Positions 21,915-31,018 of a stretch of DNA of 64,000 nt are shown here, in pieces (the stretch's first letter is position 1; the number at the start of each line of letters is the position of its first letter). The position numbers and the translations under genes were made by a program. The notes beneath the pieces are model-generated. The model had not been told where the DNA came from. It did no database searches and saw nothing but the letters and a program-made list of their open reading frames with translations. Source of the DNA: an uncultured Acidobacteriota bacterium (GTDB taxonomy: Bacteria; Acidobacteriota; UBA6911; RPQK01; JAPXNP01). The stretch lies in NCBI GenBank assembly GCA_963777605.1, contig CAVZRV010000007.1, forward strand, positions 512,001 to 576,000. The letters are read 5' to 3'.

Positions 21915-21946
21915 TCTTATGCGGGTCCCTCTAATAATTGTTAGGC
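21915..21946 (+). mobile_element. Putative attI site downstream of intI
   Basis: CTCTAAT-AATT-GTTAGGC: inverse-core-like box plus GTTRRRY core 22 nt before the first cassette ORF. Confidence 0.65.
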
Positions 21947-21968
21947 AAACAAGAGAGAGGCTACGAAA

Positions 21969-22229
21969 ATGGGCAAGAGGAAGGTGAATCTCCAGGAAGC
22001 GCGATCTATTGGTGACGGGCTGGGAATCGATTGGAGCAAAGTGGACCAGGAGGAGTTTCGCCGCGGATTAGAGGTCGAGTTCGAGCACGGTTTCCACGAT
22101 CCCGAAACGAACGTGACCAACGACGACCCAGTCCTCACAGGGAAAGTTGCATGGGCGCACCTGAAAGAGATCCGAGATTACTACACACGACTGGATCGCA
22201 TGGAAGCAGAGGCTGAGGCGTCCGCGTAG
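21969..22229 (+). CDS. DUF5661 family protein (first integron cassette)
   Basis: FRRGLEVEFEHG..TNVTNDDPVLTGKVAWAHLKE..DYYTRL. Confidence 0.85.
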   Translation: MGKRKVNLQEARSIGDGLGIDWSKVDQEEFRRGLEVEFEHGFHDPETNVTNDDPVLTGKVAWAHLKEIRDYYTRLDRMEAEAEASA

Positions 22230-22236
22230 CGGTGTT

Positions 22237-22345
22237 GACTAACCCATCCTTCAAGCTGACGGATCACCTGTCATGGCCCTTGCTTATGGAAACCCTTGGC
22301 AAGTCCCATGCCAGGTGCCCGGAGCCGAAGGGAGTCGCCCAGAAG
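22237..22345 (+). mobile_element. Degenerate attC site
   Basis: GACTAAC just after the stop (1 mismatch from the complement of GTTAGGC), TTCAAGCTGAC L''-like box, hairpin CACCTGTCATGG...CCATGCCAGGTG; no clean 3' GTTRRRY. Confidence 0.55.
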
Positions 22346-22388
22346 CCTCGGATAGAGACTTTGGGGAGCACACCCAAGAGAGGACAAC

Positions 22389-24065
22389 ATGCAGTCAATC
22401 ACCAGTTGTGGCGCGGCGTGGCCAGCGCGCCGGTGTACCTCCCTGAGCCTGATCCTATTCGTGGCGATGGTCGTAGCCATCGGCGCACCGGCGAGTACCG
22501 CCGAACCGGCGCCCTCGCCCGCTTCCCTGCAGGCAGGCATTGACCCGCGGGTCGAGCTGTTCGCGATCATCTACCGGCTCGCGGGATACCTGGACCATGG
22601 CGAGGAGCACGCGACCTCATACTACGAGACGGAGGTGCAAAATCACTTCGGGCGCTACCGGGAGCATCCGGTCGTCGCGCTCGCAACCCGTCTCAAGGAG
22701 GATCGAAACGTAGACTACGGGGTCCAGTTGAGCCTCGCGGTGCACGTGGATGACGCCGCCAACCTGCAGCTGCGAGTGCCGCTCGATCCCTGGCCCGAGA
22801 CGCTGCACGAGCGCTGGACTCCGGAGCTCATTGACGAGTTCCTCGCCCAGGCCCGCGACTTCGCCACGCAAAGCGACTTCGGCGGGTTTGTCGAGAAGCA
22901 GGGGCCCTTCTATGCCGAGACGGTCGCCCGCGCCGAGCGTGCGCTCGAGGCCGGGGTCCACGTCGACTGGTTCGACAGCTTCTTTGGCCCCCAGACCGGT
23001 CGGGAGTTCCGCGTGTTCATCTCGCCTCTTGGCGGGCCGCACGGGTGGTATTCCTTCTGGCTCTCAACGGAGCAGGGGCTCGAGGCGATGAGCGTGATCG
23101 GCTGCGGGAGGTTGGACGACCAAGGCAAGCCGGTGTTCCACCAGGGGGCGCGCGGACTGAGCTGGGCCTCTGGGATCGTCCATGAGCTCTCACACTCCTA
23201 CGTGAACCCGATCTCAGATCCGTACCTCGATCAGCTCGAGGAGCCCGTCAATCGGATGAAGCCCTTCCTAGTGGCGTACTTCGCCAAAGCCTACGGGCAG
23301 GAACACCACTCCGCCCTCGTGAGGGAGTCGCTGGTGAGGGCAGCCGTCATCCGCTACCTCCATGAGCGCCGGGGATTCTTGGCGGGGCGTCGCGTCCTCG
23401 CCGGGGAGTTGAAGCAGGGCGCCTTCTGGATGCCGGAACTGCTGGAGACGCTGGAGCAGTACGAAAGCCAGCGCGACCGTTACCCCGATTTTCAGTCCTA
23501 CATGCCGGAGGTGGTCGAGTTCTTCGAGGTCTACAGCTCGCGGATCAGGGCAAAGGCGGCCGTGGCCAGGGCGTCACTTCCTCTTTATGTTTTGCTGCTC
23601 GTCGTCTACCTCATCGCAGTCTGGCTCCCGTCGCGCCGGTGGCCGACGCCGATGCCCGGGACGAGATGGGATCGGGTTGTCACATTCGGTCTGCTCTACG
23701 CCGTCCTGGGTCCCGCGTTTGAGTTCTTCGCGCTCGGCAACAGACCGGGGCTCCCCTGGCTGATAGCAGGAGCAATGCTCCTCCTGGCGGCCACGCTCAT
23801 AGGGCGTAGCGCCAGGTCAGAAGCAGGAGGGACCGCGCCCTCGGGCCCGCCGGACGAGGCTGTGCGTTCTTGGCCGGCGCGACCTCGGCATGTGCCCGCC
23901 TCTCTAGAGTTGAGCTATCTGCTCGTCCTCGTCGGCGCGCCGGTGATGCTGTCGGCTCGGCTTTCGTGGGTCTTCAGCGTCATCGCGGTAGTGGCGGTGC
24001 TGCTCCAGGCCAGGGCCAACAAAGCGCCTGCCATGGACTCTGATGTGGTTGTCGCGGGCCGATGA
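22389..24065 (+). CDS. DUF4932 domain protein (HExxH) with C-terminal multi-TM extension
   Basis: Signal peptide, IDPRVELFAIIYRLAG, IVHELSHSYVNP, ESLVRAAVIRY, YESQRDRYPDFQSY; about five hydrophobic segments at the C-terminus. Confidence 0.75.
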   Translation: MQSITSCGAAWPARRCTSLSLILFVAMVVAIGAPASTAEPAPSPASLQAGIDPRVELFAIIYRLAGYLDHGEEHATSYYETEVQNHFGRYREHPVVALATRLKEDRNVDYGVQLSLAVHVDDAANLQLRVPLDPWPETLHERWTPELIDEFLAQARDFATQSDFGGFVEKQGPFYAETVARAERALEAGVHVDWFDSFFGPQTGREFRVFISPLGGPHGWYSFWLSTEQGLEAMSVIGCGRLDDQGKPVFHQGARGLSWASGIVHELSHSYVNPISDPYLDQLEEPVNRMKPFLVAYFAKAYGQEHHSALVRESLVRAAVIRYLHERRGFLAGRRVLAGELKQGAFWMPELLETLEQYESQRDRYPDFQSYMPEVVEFFEVYSSRIRAKAAVARASLPLYVLLLVVYLIAVWLPSRRWPTPMPGTRWDRVVTFGLLYAVLGPAFEFFALGNRPGLPWLIAGAMLLLAATLIGRSARSEAGGTAPSGPPDEAVRSWPARPRHVPASLELSYLLVLVGAPVMLSARLSWVFSVIAVVAVLLQARANKAPAMDSDVVVAGR

Positions 24066-24198
24066 GACCGTTCTTAGAGCACTGTACAGAGCACATGAGG
24101 GTTGGGGTCGTGCAGGTAGGAGCCTCCCGAAGGTCGCGAGCCCCCTCGTGCAGCTCCGATTAGAATCGCCAGAGAGGTCAGGTTTTGTATTTTGCATG

Positions 24199-24589
24199 TC
24201 ACGACATAATTAAAGTATGAAATGTGTACTCCGGGAACTGGCTTCGGGCGATCTTGAACTTGAGCAGGCCGTCCTCCCAGATGTGGCCGCCCTTGACCTC
24301 GATGAACTCCTGCCTGCCGTCCGGGTAGAGCACCTTGAAGTCGGGCGTGTACCAGGTCCGGTCCGCGGCGCTCGGTCAGCCGAAACTTCTGGGCCTCGAA
24401 ACGCCAGCTGACGATCTCGCCGGCTTTGCGTTGCGCCTCGAGCCGGTCGGCGAAGGCCCGCTCCGTCTTGTTCATGCGTCCAGGTGACAGGCAAGCCATC
24501 GCCGTTCTGCTCGTCGGCAGCACTTCGGTGGGTGATAGTCGCCTTTCCTGCCAGGCCTTGAATTCGTCCATATTCCGGAATCTCAGCAT
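24199..24589 (-). pseudogene. DUF1064-like phage PD-(D/E)xK nuclease, frameshifted near 24370
   Basis: MNKTERAFADRLE..GEIVSWRFEAQKFRL, then in a shifted frame ADRTWYTPDFKVLYPDGRQEFIEVKGGHIWED..KFKIARSQFP. Confidence 0.7.
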
Positions 24590-24596
24590 TTTCTCT

Positions 24597-25181
24597 TCAC
24601 AACTCGATGACTTCGCACATGTCCTTGATCCGGCGCAGTGCCGCCGGCGGGAGGCATTCCATTTCCTGGAGCTCGGGCAAGCCGAAGTTTGACGTCAGCG
24701 ACAATCCGAGATCTCTCCGGTACAGGAGATCCACCAATTCGCAAACCATCTCTCGCCGGAAATCGGTCAGCCGGATCTTGTCGACATCGTCCCAACAGAG
24801 ATGCAGCGACGAGGATGTGGCTGCCTTGTAGAGGATGACGGAAGGCGACCCGAACTCCTCATCGTGCAGCTCGTCCATCAGGGCGTGACTGGACCGTAGC
24901 TCGGGGTCTCTGCAGCCGATCAGTTCCCGGAACTGGGCGATCAAGAGGTGCGTCTTGCCCGATCCGTAGCGCCCGTGAAGGAAAAAGCTGCCGGCTGGAT
25001 TGGCCCGGATCCTCGCCTGGAGCTGCCGCCTGAGTTCGTTCACCTGCCGGCAGGTCATCCAGACCCGGGACGGCCGCTTCGGCTCCAGTTCTCGGCGCTC
25101 GGTCCAGCTGCGTTTCCTTCTCAGGATCAAGCGGCCTTCGACTATGAAGGCGTCGAACTCGGTGCAGGTGATCGTCTCACC
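24597..25181 (-). pseudogene. DnaC/IstB-like ATPase (phage helicase loader), 5'-truncated
   Basis: Walker A GRYGSGKT, Walker B LCWDDVD, TSNF, RRIKDMCEVIEL; frame is closed upstream by TAA near 25183 with no good start. Confidence 0.65.
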
Positions 25182-25202
25182 TTAGGGAATCGTGGAAAAT
25201 GC

Positions 25203-25230
25203 TTGACAATCAAGCGCGGCTCGATAGAAT
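25203..25230 (+). promoter_or_regulatory. Near-consensus sigma70 promoter
   Basis: TTGACA (25203-25208), 16-nt spacer, TAGAAT (25225-25230). Confidence 0.7.
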
Positions 25231-25236
25231 AGAAGT

Positions 25237-25330
25237 TGGCCCCAAGTCGTTCAAGGAATACTGGTAACGAGGCTGATCGAAAGGTTAGTTTAGGTTTAAT
25301 GTCAGCCTTTCTAAAGGTCACTTGGGGCCA
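25237..25330 (+). ncRNA. Candidate structured RNA or 5' leader (about 94 nt)
   Basis: Perfect 11-bp closing stem TGGCCCCAAGT/ACTTGGGGCCA, inner AAGG/CCTT and CTGG/TCAG pairings, apical GGCTGATC-GAAA-GGTTAGTT hairpin; begins 7 nt after the -10 box. Confidence 0.5.
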
Positions 25331-25746
25331 TTTCCATTCCTGAGCCAACCGTTTCGAATCCTTCCCGCAACGAGTCCCAGATCGGTATTGGCGATCCCGG
25401 TCGTCCTCCGGTGTGCGGGACAAGACCACGAGCTCCCAGGTTCAGCCGATATTCTGTTCGTCGATTCTAAGAGTCGTTCGTAGAGACTATGAACATCTCT
25501 CAAACGGGCGTCACCGTCAGAAACTCCAAAACGTCTATTATCGTCGGCGCCCCTGGAACGCGCCACCGCCAGATCACCTGCCGGGAGACGGGCAAGCCCG
25601 GGTTCCTCTACACCTCCTTCGCAATCCCATCGGCAGCGCTTTACAGCGGGTGTATTCTCGAGTCAATCGTTTCCATAGGCAATGCAGATTGAAGAGGGCT
25701 TCAGAATCGGGGTTTTCGAGTCCAGCCGAATATCGGAGTGTTGACA

Positions 25747-27754
25747 ATGCCAGATACAAATGTAGAAACGGATCTTCGTCTCCCCAACACCGAATTGAAT
25801 ACGCGAATTGCCCTGTTGGAAAAGAAGTTGCTGGAGCAGGAGATGGCCGAGAAGTCGCTGGTGGATTCCGAGAAGCGTTACCGACGGCTCTTTGAATCAG
25901 CCAAGGACGGTATCTTGATTCTAGATGCCGAGACGGGCAAGGTGGATGATGTCAATCCCTTCCTGTTGCGGTTACTTGGCTATTCTTACGAGGAGTTACA
26001 CGGAAAACACATCTGGGAACTCGGTGCATTCAAGGACATTGCCGCGTCCAAGGACGCTTTCAAAACTCTGCAAGGTAATGAATACATCCGTTACGAAGAT
26101 TTGCCGCTGCAAACCCGCGATGGGCGGTCCATCGCCGTGGAGTTTGTCAGCAATGTTTATCTGGTGGACCATAAAAAGGTGATCCAGTGCAACATCCGTG
26201 ATATCACCGCGCGCAAGCAGGCGGAGAAGGCTTTGGCGGATGAGCGAAGCCAAGACGCGCAGCATCCTGGACAACATCGGAATCGGCGTTGCCCTCATCA
26301 GTCCCGAAGATGGAGATTCTCGAACTGAACCACCGGATGCGCGAGTGGTTTCCTGCCATCGATCCGGGTCAACGCCCGTATCTGTTACCGCGCGTTCAAC
26401 GACCCGCCGCGCGAGGCGGCGTGCGACGACTGCCCGACCGCAAAAGACACTGCGGGACGGCCTGGTTCACGAAGCCACGACGCAAACGCCGCAGGCAGGC
26501 GGCGTGCGCAACTACCGCATCGTTTCGTCCCCGATCCTCGACGCGTCGGGCGAGGTTACGGCGGCGATCGAGATGGTCGAGGACATCACCGAAAAGCTCT
26601 CCCTGGAGTCCCAGTTCCAACAGGCCCAGAAAATGGAAGCGGTGGGCCTGCTGGCGGGCGGCGTGGCCCACGATTACAACAATATGCTCAGCGTGATCAT
26701 CGGTTATACGGAACTGGCTATGAGCAAGGTGGACCCGGCGCAGCCGCTGCGTTCTGACCTTGAGCAGATTCTCAAGGCCGCAATGCGTTCCGCGGACATA
26801 ACCCGGCAACTGCTGGCCTTCGCCCGCAAGCAGACAGTTGTTCCCGAGGCACTCGACCTGAACCGGTGCGTGGAGAGCATGCTCACGTTGCTCCGGCGAC
26901 TAATCGGCGAAGACATCGGTCTGGGCTGGGTCCCCGAGGTAGGCCTCTCTCCGATCAAGATGGACCCCGTCCAAGTCGATCAGATCCTGGCCAATCTTTG
27001 TGTAAACGCCAGGGACGCCATTGCCGACGTCGGCAATATCACTATCGAAACGGGAAACGCCGTCTTTGACGAGACCTACTGCGCTGGTCACGCCGGGTTT
27101 GTGGCAGGTGAGTATGTGCTGCTGTCCGTCAGCGACGACGGTTGCGGCATGGACAAGGAGATGGCCGGCCAAATTTTCGAACCCTTTTTCACCAGCAAGA
27201 AGGTCGGCCGAGGAACCGGCCTGGGGCTGTCCACGGTGTATGGCATCGTCAAGCAGAACAACGGATTCATAAACGTCTATAGCGAACCGGGAAAGGGGAC
27301 GACTTTTAGAATCTACCTGCCCCGGTATGGGGGCCCTGTAGTAGATACCCAGCCGGAAAGTGCCGTGGATATCCCTCAAAGCCGTGGCGAGATGGTGTTG
27401 GTGGTGGAAGACGAGCCCTCGCTCATGAGGATGAGTAAGACGATGCTGGAAAAATTGGGATATCGGGTGCTTACCGCAGGCACACCGGGCGAGGCCATTG
27501 GGCTGGCCGAAGAGCACCCGAGCGAGATACAGCTTCTGATCACCGATGTAGTCATGCCGGAAATGAACGGCCGGGAGCTGGCGGAACGGATGCAATCCCG
27601 TTACCCCGGCATGAAAATTCTGTTCATGTCCGGCTATACAGCCGACGTGATCGTCCACCGCGGTGTGCTGGACGAGGGCGTGAACTTCATCAAGAAGCCA
27701 TTCTCGATGAAGGATCTGGCCATCAAAGTGCGGAGTGCGGTGAGAGAAGAGTGA
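25747..27754 (+). CDS. PAS-PAS hybrid sensor histidine kinase/response regulator (four apparent +1 frameshifts, 26235-26440)
   Basis: SEKRYRRLFESAKDG..DITARK PAS; QAQKMEAVGLLAGGVAHDYNN H-box; NLCVNARDA, DDGCGM, FEPFF, GTGLGL; receiver VVEDE..TDVVMP..MSGY..KPF. Confidence 0.88.
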
Positions 27755-27810
27755 GTGTAACGGCGTGTCCCCGGTTCCCGGGAGTGACGGACCAGGCGGG
27801 CAGACTGAGC

Positions 27811-27900
27811 GATGAACTCTTGCCGCCCGTCCGGATAGAGCACCGTGAAGTCGGGTGTGTACCAGGTTCGATCCGCGGCGTACGTCAGCCGGAACTTTGG
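27811..27900 (-). pseudogene. Second fragment of a DUF1064-like nuclease gene
   Basis: Minus strand KFRLTYAADRTWYTPDFTVLYPDGRQEFI, paralogous to 24301-24390. Confidence 0.7.
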
Positions 27901-27940
27901 CGTTCCGGGGAACGGCTACGAGGTTACTTCAGGCCTTCTG

Positions 27941-28210
27941 TCAACTCCAGCCTTGACGGCAACACGAGGCGTGCCATCGACTCCCATGAGGGGAGGCGAA
28001 AACGAGGATTGGCGCTGAAACTCACGTCTTCGCGGCCGTGTCCAGGAAAGTCGAGAGGCAAAAGGTCAATCTGCAAGGCGTGCTTCCTCGGCCTCTTCAA
28101 CTCCAGCCTTGACGGCAACACGGGGCGTGCCATCGACTTCCACGAGGGCGAGGCGATAGACGAGGAGGCGTTGAAACTTCTCATTTGCGCGGCCCTGGCC
28201 CTGAACAATG
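27941..28210 (+). pseudogene. DUF1801-like C-terminal fragments with an internal ~58-bp direct repeat
   Basis: NSSLDGNT(R/G)RAID encoded twice (27941-27998 and 28097-28155); the second continues FHEGEAIDEEALKLLICAALALN. Confidence 0.6.
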
Positions 28211-28709
28211 TCGAGAGGAATCTGACCTGGACCATGCAGCGATCGATAAGGTCACCATCGCGGCTTTTCGGACCCTTGCCATCAGCAACAACACGGAGCA
28301 GTTCATCATTCGTGCCTTGCGTACCGCCGGCGCGTTGAGCCTCTCTCTCGTGGCCGAGTTCGAGGGACGCGTGGTGGGCCACATCGCGTTCTCCCCTGTG
28401 TCGATCTCAGACGGTAGCCGGGACTGGTACGGACTCGGCCCGGTTTCGGTGTCACCGGAGTATCATCGACAGGGCATCGGCATAGCGTTGATCCGGGAAG
28501 GGCTATCCCGGCTCCGAAAGATGGGAGCCCGGGGGTGCTGCCTGGTGGGAGACCCGAACTACTACCGCCGATTTGGATTCCATCAAGTCGCCGGATTGGT
28601 GCACGAAGGTGTGCCGGAGGAGGTCTTCCTGGCCCTGACCCTGGACGGGGCTGAAGCGCAGGGAACGGTCCAGTTCCACGAGAGCTTCCGGGCGACCGGC
28701 GAAGAGTAG
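28185..28709 (+). CDS. GNAT N-acetyltransferase (YhbS-like); N-terminus uncertain or truncated
   Basis: EQFIIRALR..LSLVAE..VVGHIAFSPV..LGPVSVSPEYHRQGIG..LVGDPNYYRRFGF. Confidence 0.85.
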   Translation: MRGPGPEQCREESDLDHAAIDKVTIAAFRTLAISNNTEQFIIRALRTAGALSLSLVAEFEGRVVGHIAFSPVSISDGSRDWYGLGPVSVSPEYHRQGIGIALIREGLSRLRKMGARGCCLVGDPNYYRRFGFHQVAGLVHEGVPEEVFLALTLDGAEAQGTVQFHESFRATGEE

Positions 28710-28827
28710 TCCGGGCTTCCCAGCCTGGCAGGTCAGCCGGGCTTCCAGCCCGGAGTGGGGCAACCGTCAGGCTGGCCCGCCAGGCAGGATGCCTGGCGGA
28801 CATCTCAGGCAAGGATGCCTGGATTAC
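28706..28827. repeat. Nested palindromic REP-like element
   Basis: Outer arms GTAGTCCGGGCTTCCCAGCCTGG and TCAGGCAAGGATGCCTGGATTAC; inner palindromes CCGGGCTTCCAGCCCGG and CCGCCAGGCAGGATGCCTGGCGG. Confidence 0.6.
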
Positions 28828-28866
28828 TCTGGTGGCGTCTGATTGGGTTAAGGTCAGAGGATTCTT

Positions 28867-29211
28867 ATGACTCCTGGACGCATTCTGCGCGCAGTCAAGA
28901 TCGTTCACACCATCGCCTGGGCTTTCTTTGCCGGGTGCATTCTGGCCATCCCCCTGTTCGTCGTTCGCGAAGAACTGTTCACCGCACTGGTCCTGATCGC
29001 GATCGTCCTGGGGGAGGTCTTCATCATTCTGGCCAACCGCTGGCGCTGCCCTCTCACCGACGTCGCCGCACGTTACACGGACAATCGGGCTGACAACTTC
29101 GACATCTACCTCCCCCTCTGGCTGGCTCGTTACAACAAGCAGGTCTTCGGAACCATCTTCGTCCTCGACATCCTCTACACGCTGGGAAAGTGGCAGAACT
29201 GGCTCGCATAG
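28867..29211 (+). CDS. Small membrane protein (DUF2784-like)
   Basis: Three TMs, VKIVHT, NRWRCPLT, FDIYLPLWLARYNK. Confidence 0.75.
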   Translation: MTPGRILRAVKIVHTIAWAFFAGCILAIPLFVVREELFTALVLIAIVLGEVFIILANRWRCPLTDVAARYTDNRADNFDIYLPLWLARYNKQVFGTIFVLDILYTLGKWQNWLA

Positions 29212-29438
29212 AGCGCCGCTCGTGAAGGGCGAAGGAATCCCAAGAAGATCTTCTTCCGATCGTCGGTTCCGGTATTCATGGAAGGTAGACGTTGTTTCCT
29301 CCCAGAGAGTACTCACCACGCAGAAGACCGACTCCACGGAGTCGATCGGGACCACATCATTCGCGACACCTTGATCTCACCCCGAATGATCGGGATCAGC
29401 AACCACCGTTGGACCGAGTGTTTCCCGGTCCCGGGCTG

Positions 29439-30221
29439 TCAAACGGGGCGGATCACCGCTAACGGGAGATTGTCGATGAGGCGGACATTGCCAATGCGGA
29501 CAGCAGCCAGGCGGCGACCCCCGAACTCTTCCACGTAGTCGACACCAAACCCCGCCGCCTCAAGCTGAGCCTTGATCTCTTCGCAGGTTCCCGGCATTCC
29601 CAGAATCCGGGGAAATCGCGCGGCGATCTCTCGCTGTTCCGGGAACAGCCTCGAGTTTCGCGAACTCAGCGCCAGGCCATCCCGGTCCCGCACAATCGGG
29701 CAAGGAATGATTTCCGTGTCGATGAAAAGGTTCGCGCGCCATGTCTCTGACAAGGAGATATTGCTGGTAATCCTTCTCGCCGAAGTAGGCCCGGTCCGCC
29801 TTGACGAGGTTGAGCAGCTTCAGAACGATTGTGAGCACGCCTTCAAAATGTCCCGGCCGGTTACGGCCACAGAGCCGGCCGCTCAAATCGCTTTCAGTGA
29901 CCCGATAACGATATCCGTCCGGGTAAACCGATTCCGGGGAGGGAGCGAACAGGAAATCAACACCGGATCCCCGCGCTTTCTCCGGCGTCCGTCCTCGAAT
30001 GTCCTCGGGTATGAGGAGAGGTCGTTCGGATCATCGAACTGGACCGGATTCACGAAGATCGTCATGACAACCAGGTCATTCTCGTCCCGGCATCGTTTCA
30101 CCAGGGAGAGATGACCGGCGTGCAAACTGCCCATGGTCGGCACAAGCCCGACCGATTTGCCTTCGAAAACATCCGTTCCGCGGAGGCTCCGCCATTCATC
30201 CACCTCGGCAATGATTCGCAT
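29439..30221 (-). CDS. panC: Pantoate--beta-alanine ligase (frameshifts near 29985 and 29740)
   Basis: [68 protein letters not shown] spread over three frames. Confidence 0.92.
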
Positions 30222-31018
30222 CAGCGGTATGACTCCGTCTCGGAGGGGAATTCGCCACCCTCAACGTCCCGGCAATAGCCGTTCACGGCGTCCCGGATCA
30301 AACGACCGCCATCGAGGTATTCGCGGACGAATCGCGGCTTGGTCATGGACGATAATCCGAGCAGGTCCTGCAGCACCAGGACCTGACCGTCACAGTCAGC
30401 ACCAGCTCCGATCCCGATCGTAGGAATCGTCAACTCTCTTGACACACGGGCCGACAGTCCCATCGGTACACACTCGAGAACGAGCGCGAAACACCCGGCT
30501 TCTTCCAACTCGTGGGCCTGCCTTGCTACCGCCTCCGCCTGCTCATCGGTCTTGCCCTGAACGCGATAGCCTCCCAGGCGGTGAACCGATTGGGGCGTCA
30601 GGCCCAGGTGTCCCATCACCGGAATCCCCGACTCGACCAGGTGTTGGATAACATCGTTGTGACCCACGACACCCTCAACCTTGACGGCTTGCGCACCTGC
30701 CCGCAGCAGAGGACCCGCCGCCCGAACCGCATCGCCGACCCCGGTTCGCGTCGAAAGGAAGGGCATGTCGGCGGCTACGAACTTTTCGGGTGCACCGCGT
30801 CGAACTGCTTCGACGTGACCAGCCATCATCTCGACGGTTGCCGGAATCGTCGTCGTGTGCCCGTGCATGACCATTGCCGCACTGTCACCGACCAGCAGGC
30901 AGTCCACGGGCGTCTCACCCAGAATTCGGGCTGACCAAAAATCGTAACAGGTCAAAACCGTAATCCGCTTCCGGTTGCGTTTTGCCTCCAGGAAGTCTGT
31001 TGCCGTCTTAATCTCCAC
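30221..31018 (-). CDS. panB: 3-methyl-2-oxobutanoate hydroxymethyltransferase
   Basis: [44 protein letters not shown]. Confidence 0.97.
   Translation of the reverse strand: MEIKTATDFLEAKRNRKRITVLTCYDFWSARILGETPVDCLLVGDSAAMVMHGHTTTIPATVEMMAGHVEAVRRGAPEKFVAADMPFLSTRTGVGDAVRAAGPLLRAGAQAVKVEGVVGHNDVIQHLVESGIPVMGHLGLTPQSVHRLGGYRVQGKTDEQAEAVARQAHELEEAGCFALVLECVPMGLSARVSRELTIPTIGIGAGADCDGQVLVLQDLLGLSSMTKPRFVREYLDGGRLIRDAVNGYCRDVEGGEFPSETESYR

Noticed and set aside
24597-25181. IS21 element (istB)
   Set aside because: No istA transposase or terminal inverted repeats; the DUF1064 neighbour fits a phage replication module better
25237-25330. c-di-GMP-I riboswitch or SRP RNA
   Set aside because: Has a GAAA tetraloop but lacks the GGCAAAC/GCAAAGC elements of c-di-GMP-I and the CAGG..GGAA..AGCAG motif of SRP RNA; kept as an unassigned candidate
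25413-25895. ORFs 25413-25895 and 25489-25692 as real genes
   Set aside because: No recognisable motifs or convincing SD; cannot be supported from sequence alone
28306-29355. 349-aa minus-strand ORF
   Set aside because: Antisense to the GNAT and membrane-protein genes and runs through a repeat
18960-29440. tRNA-Leu-targeted island with an attR duplication
   Set aside because: I found no repeat of the tRNA 3' end downstream and no phage-type integrase; the only integrase is IntI, so boundaries cannot be defined
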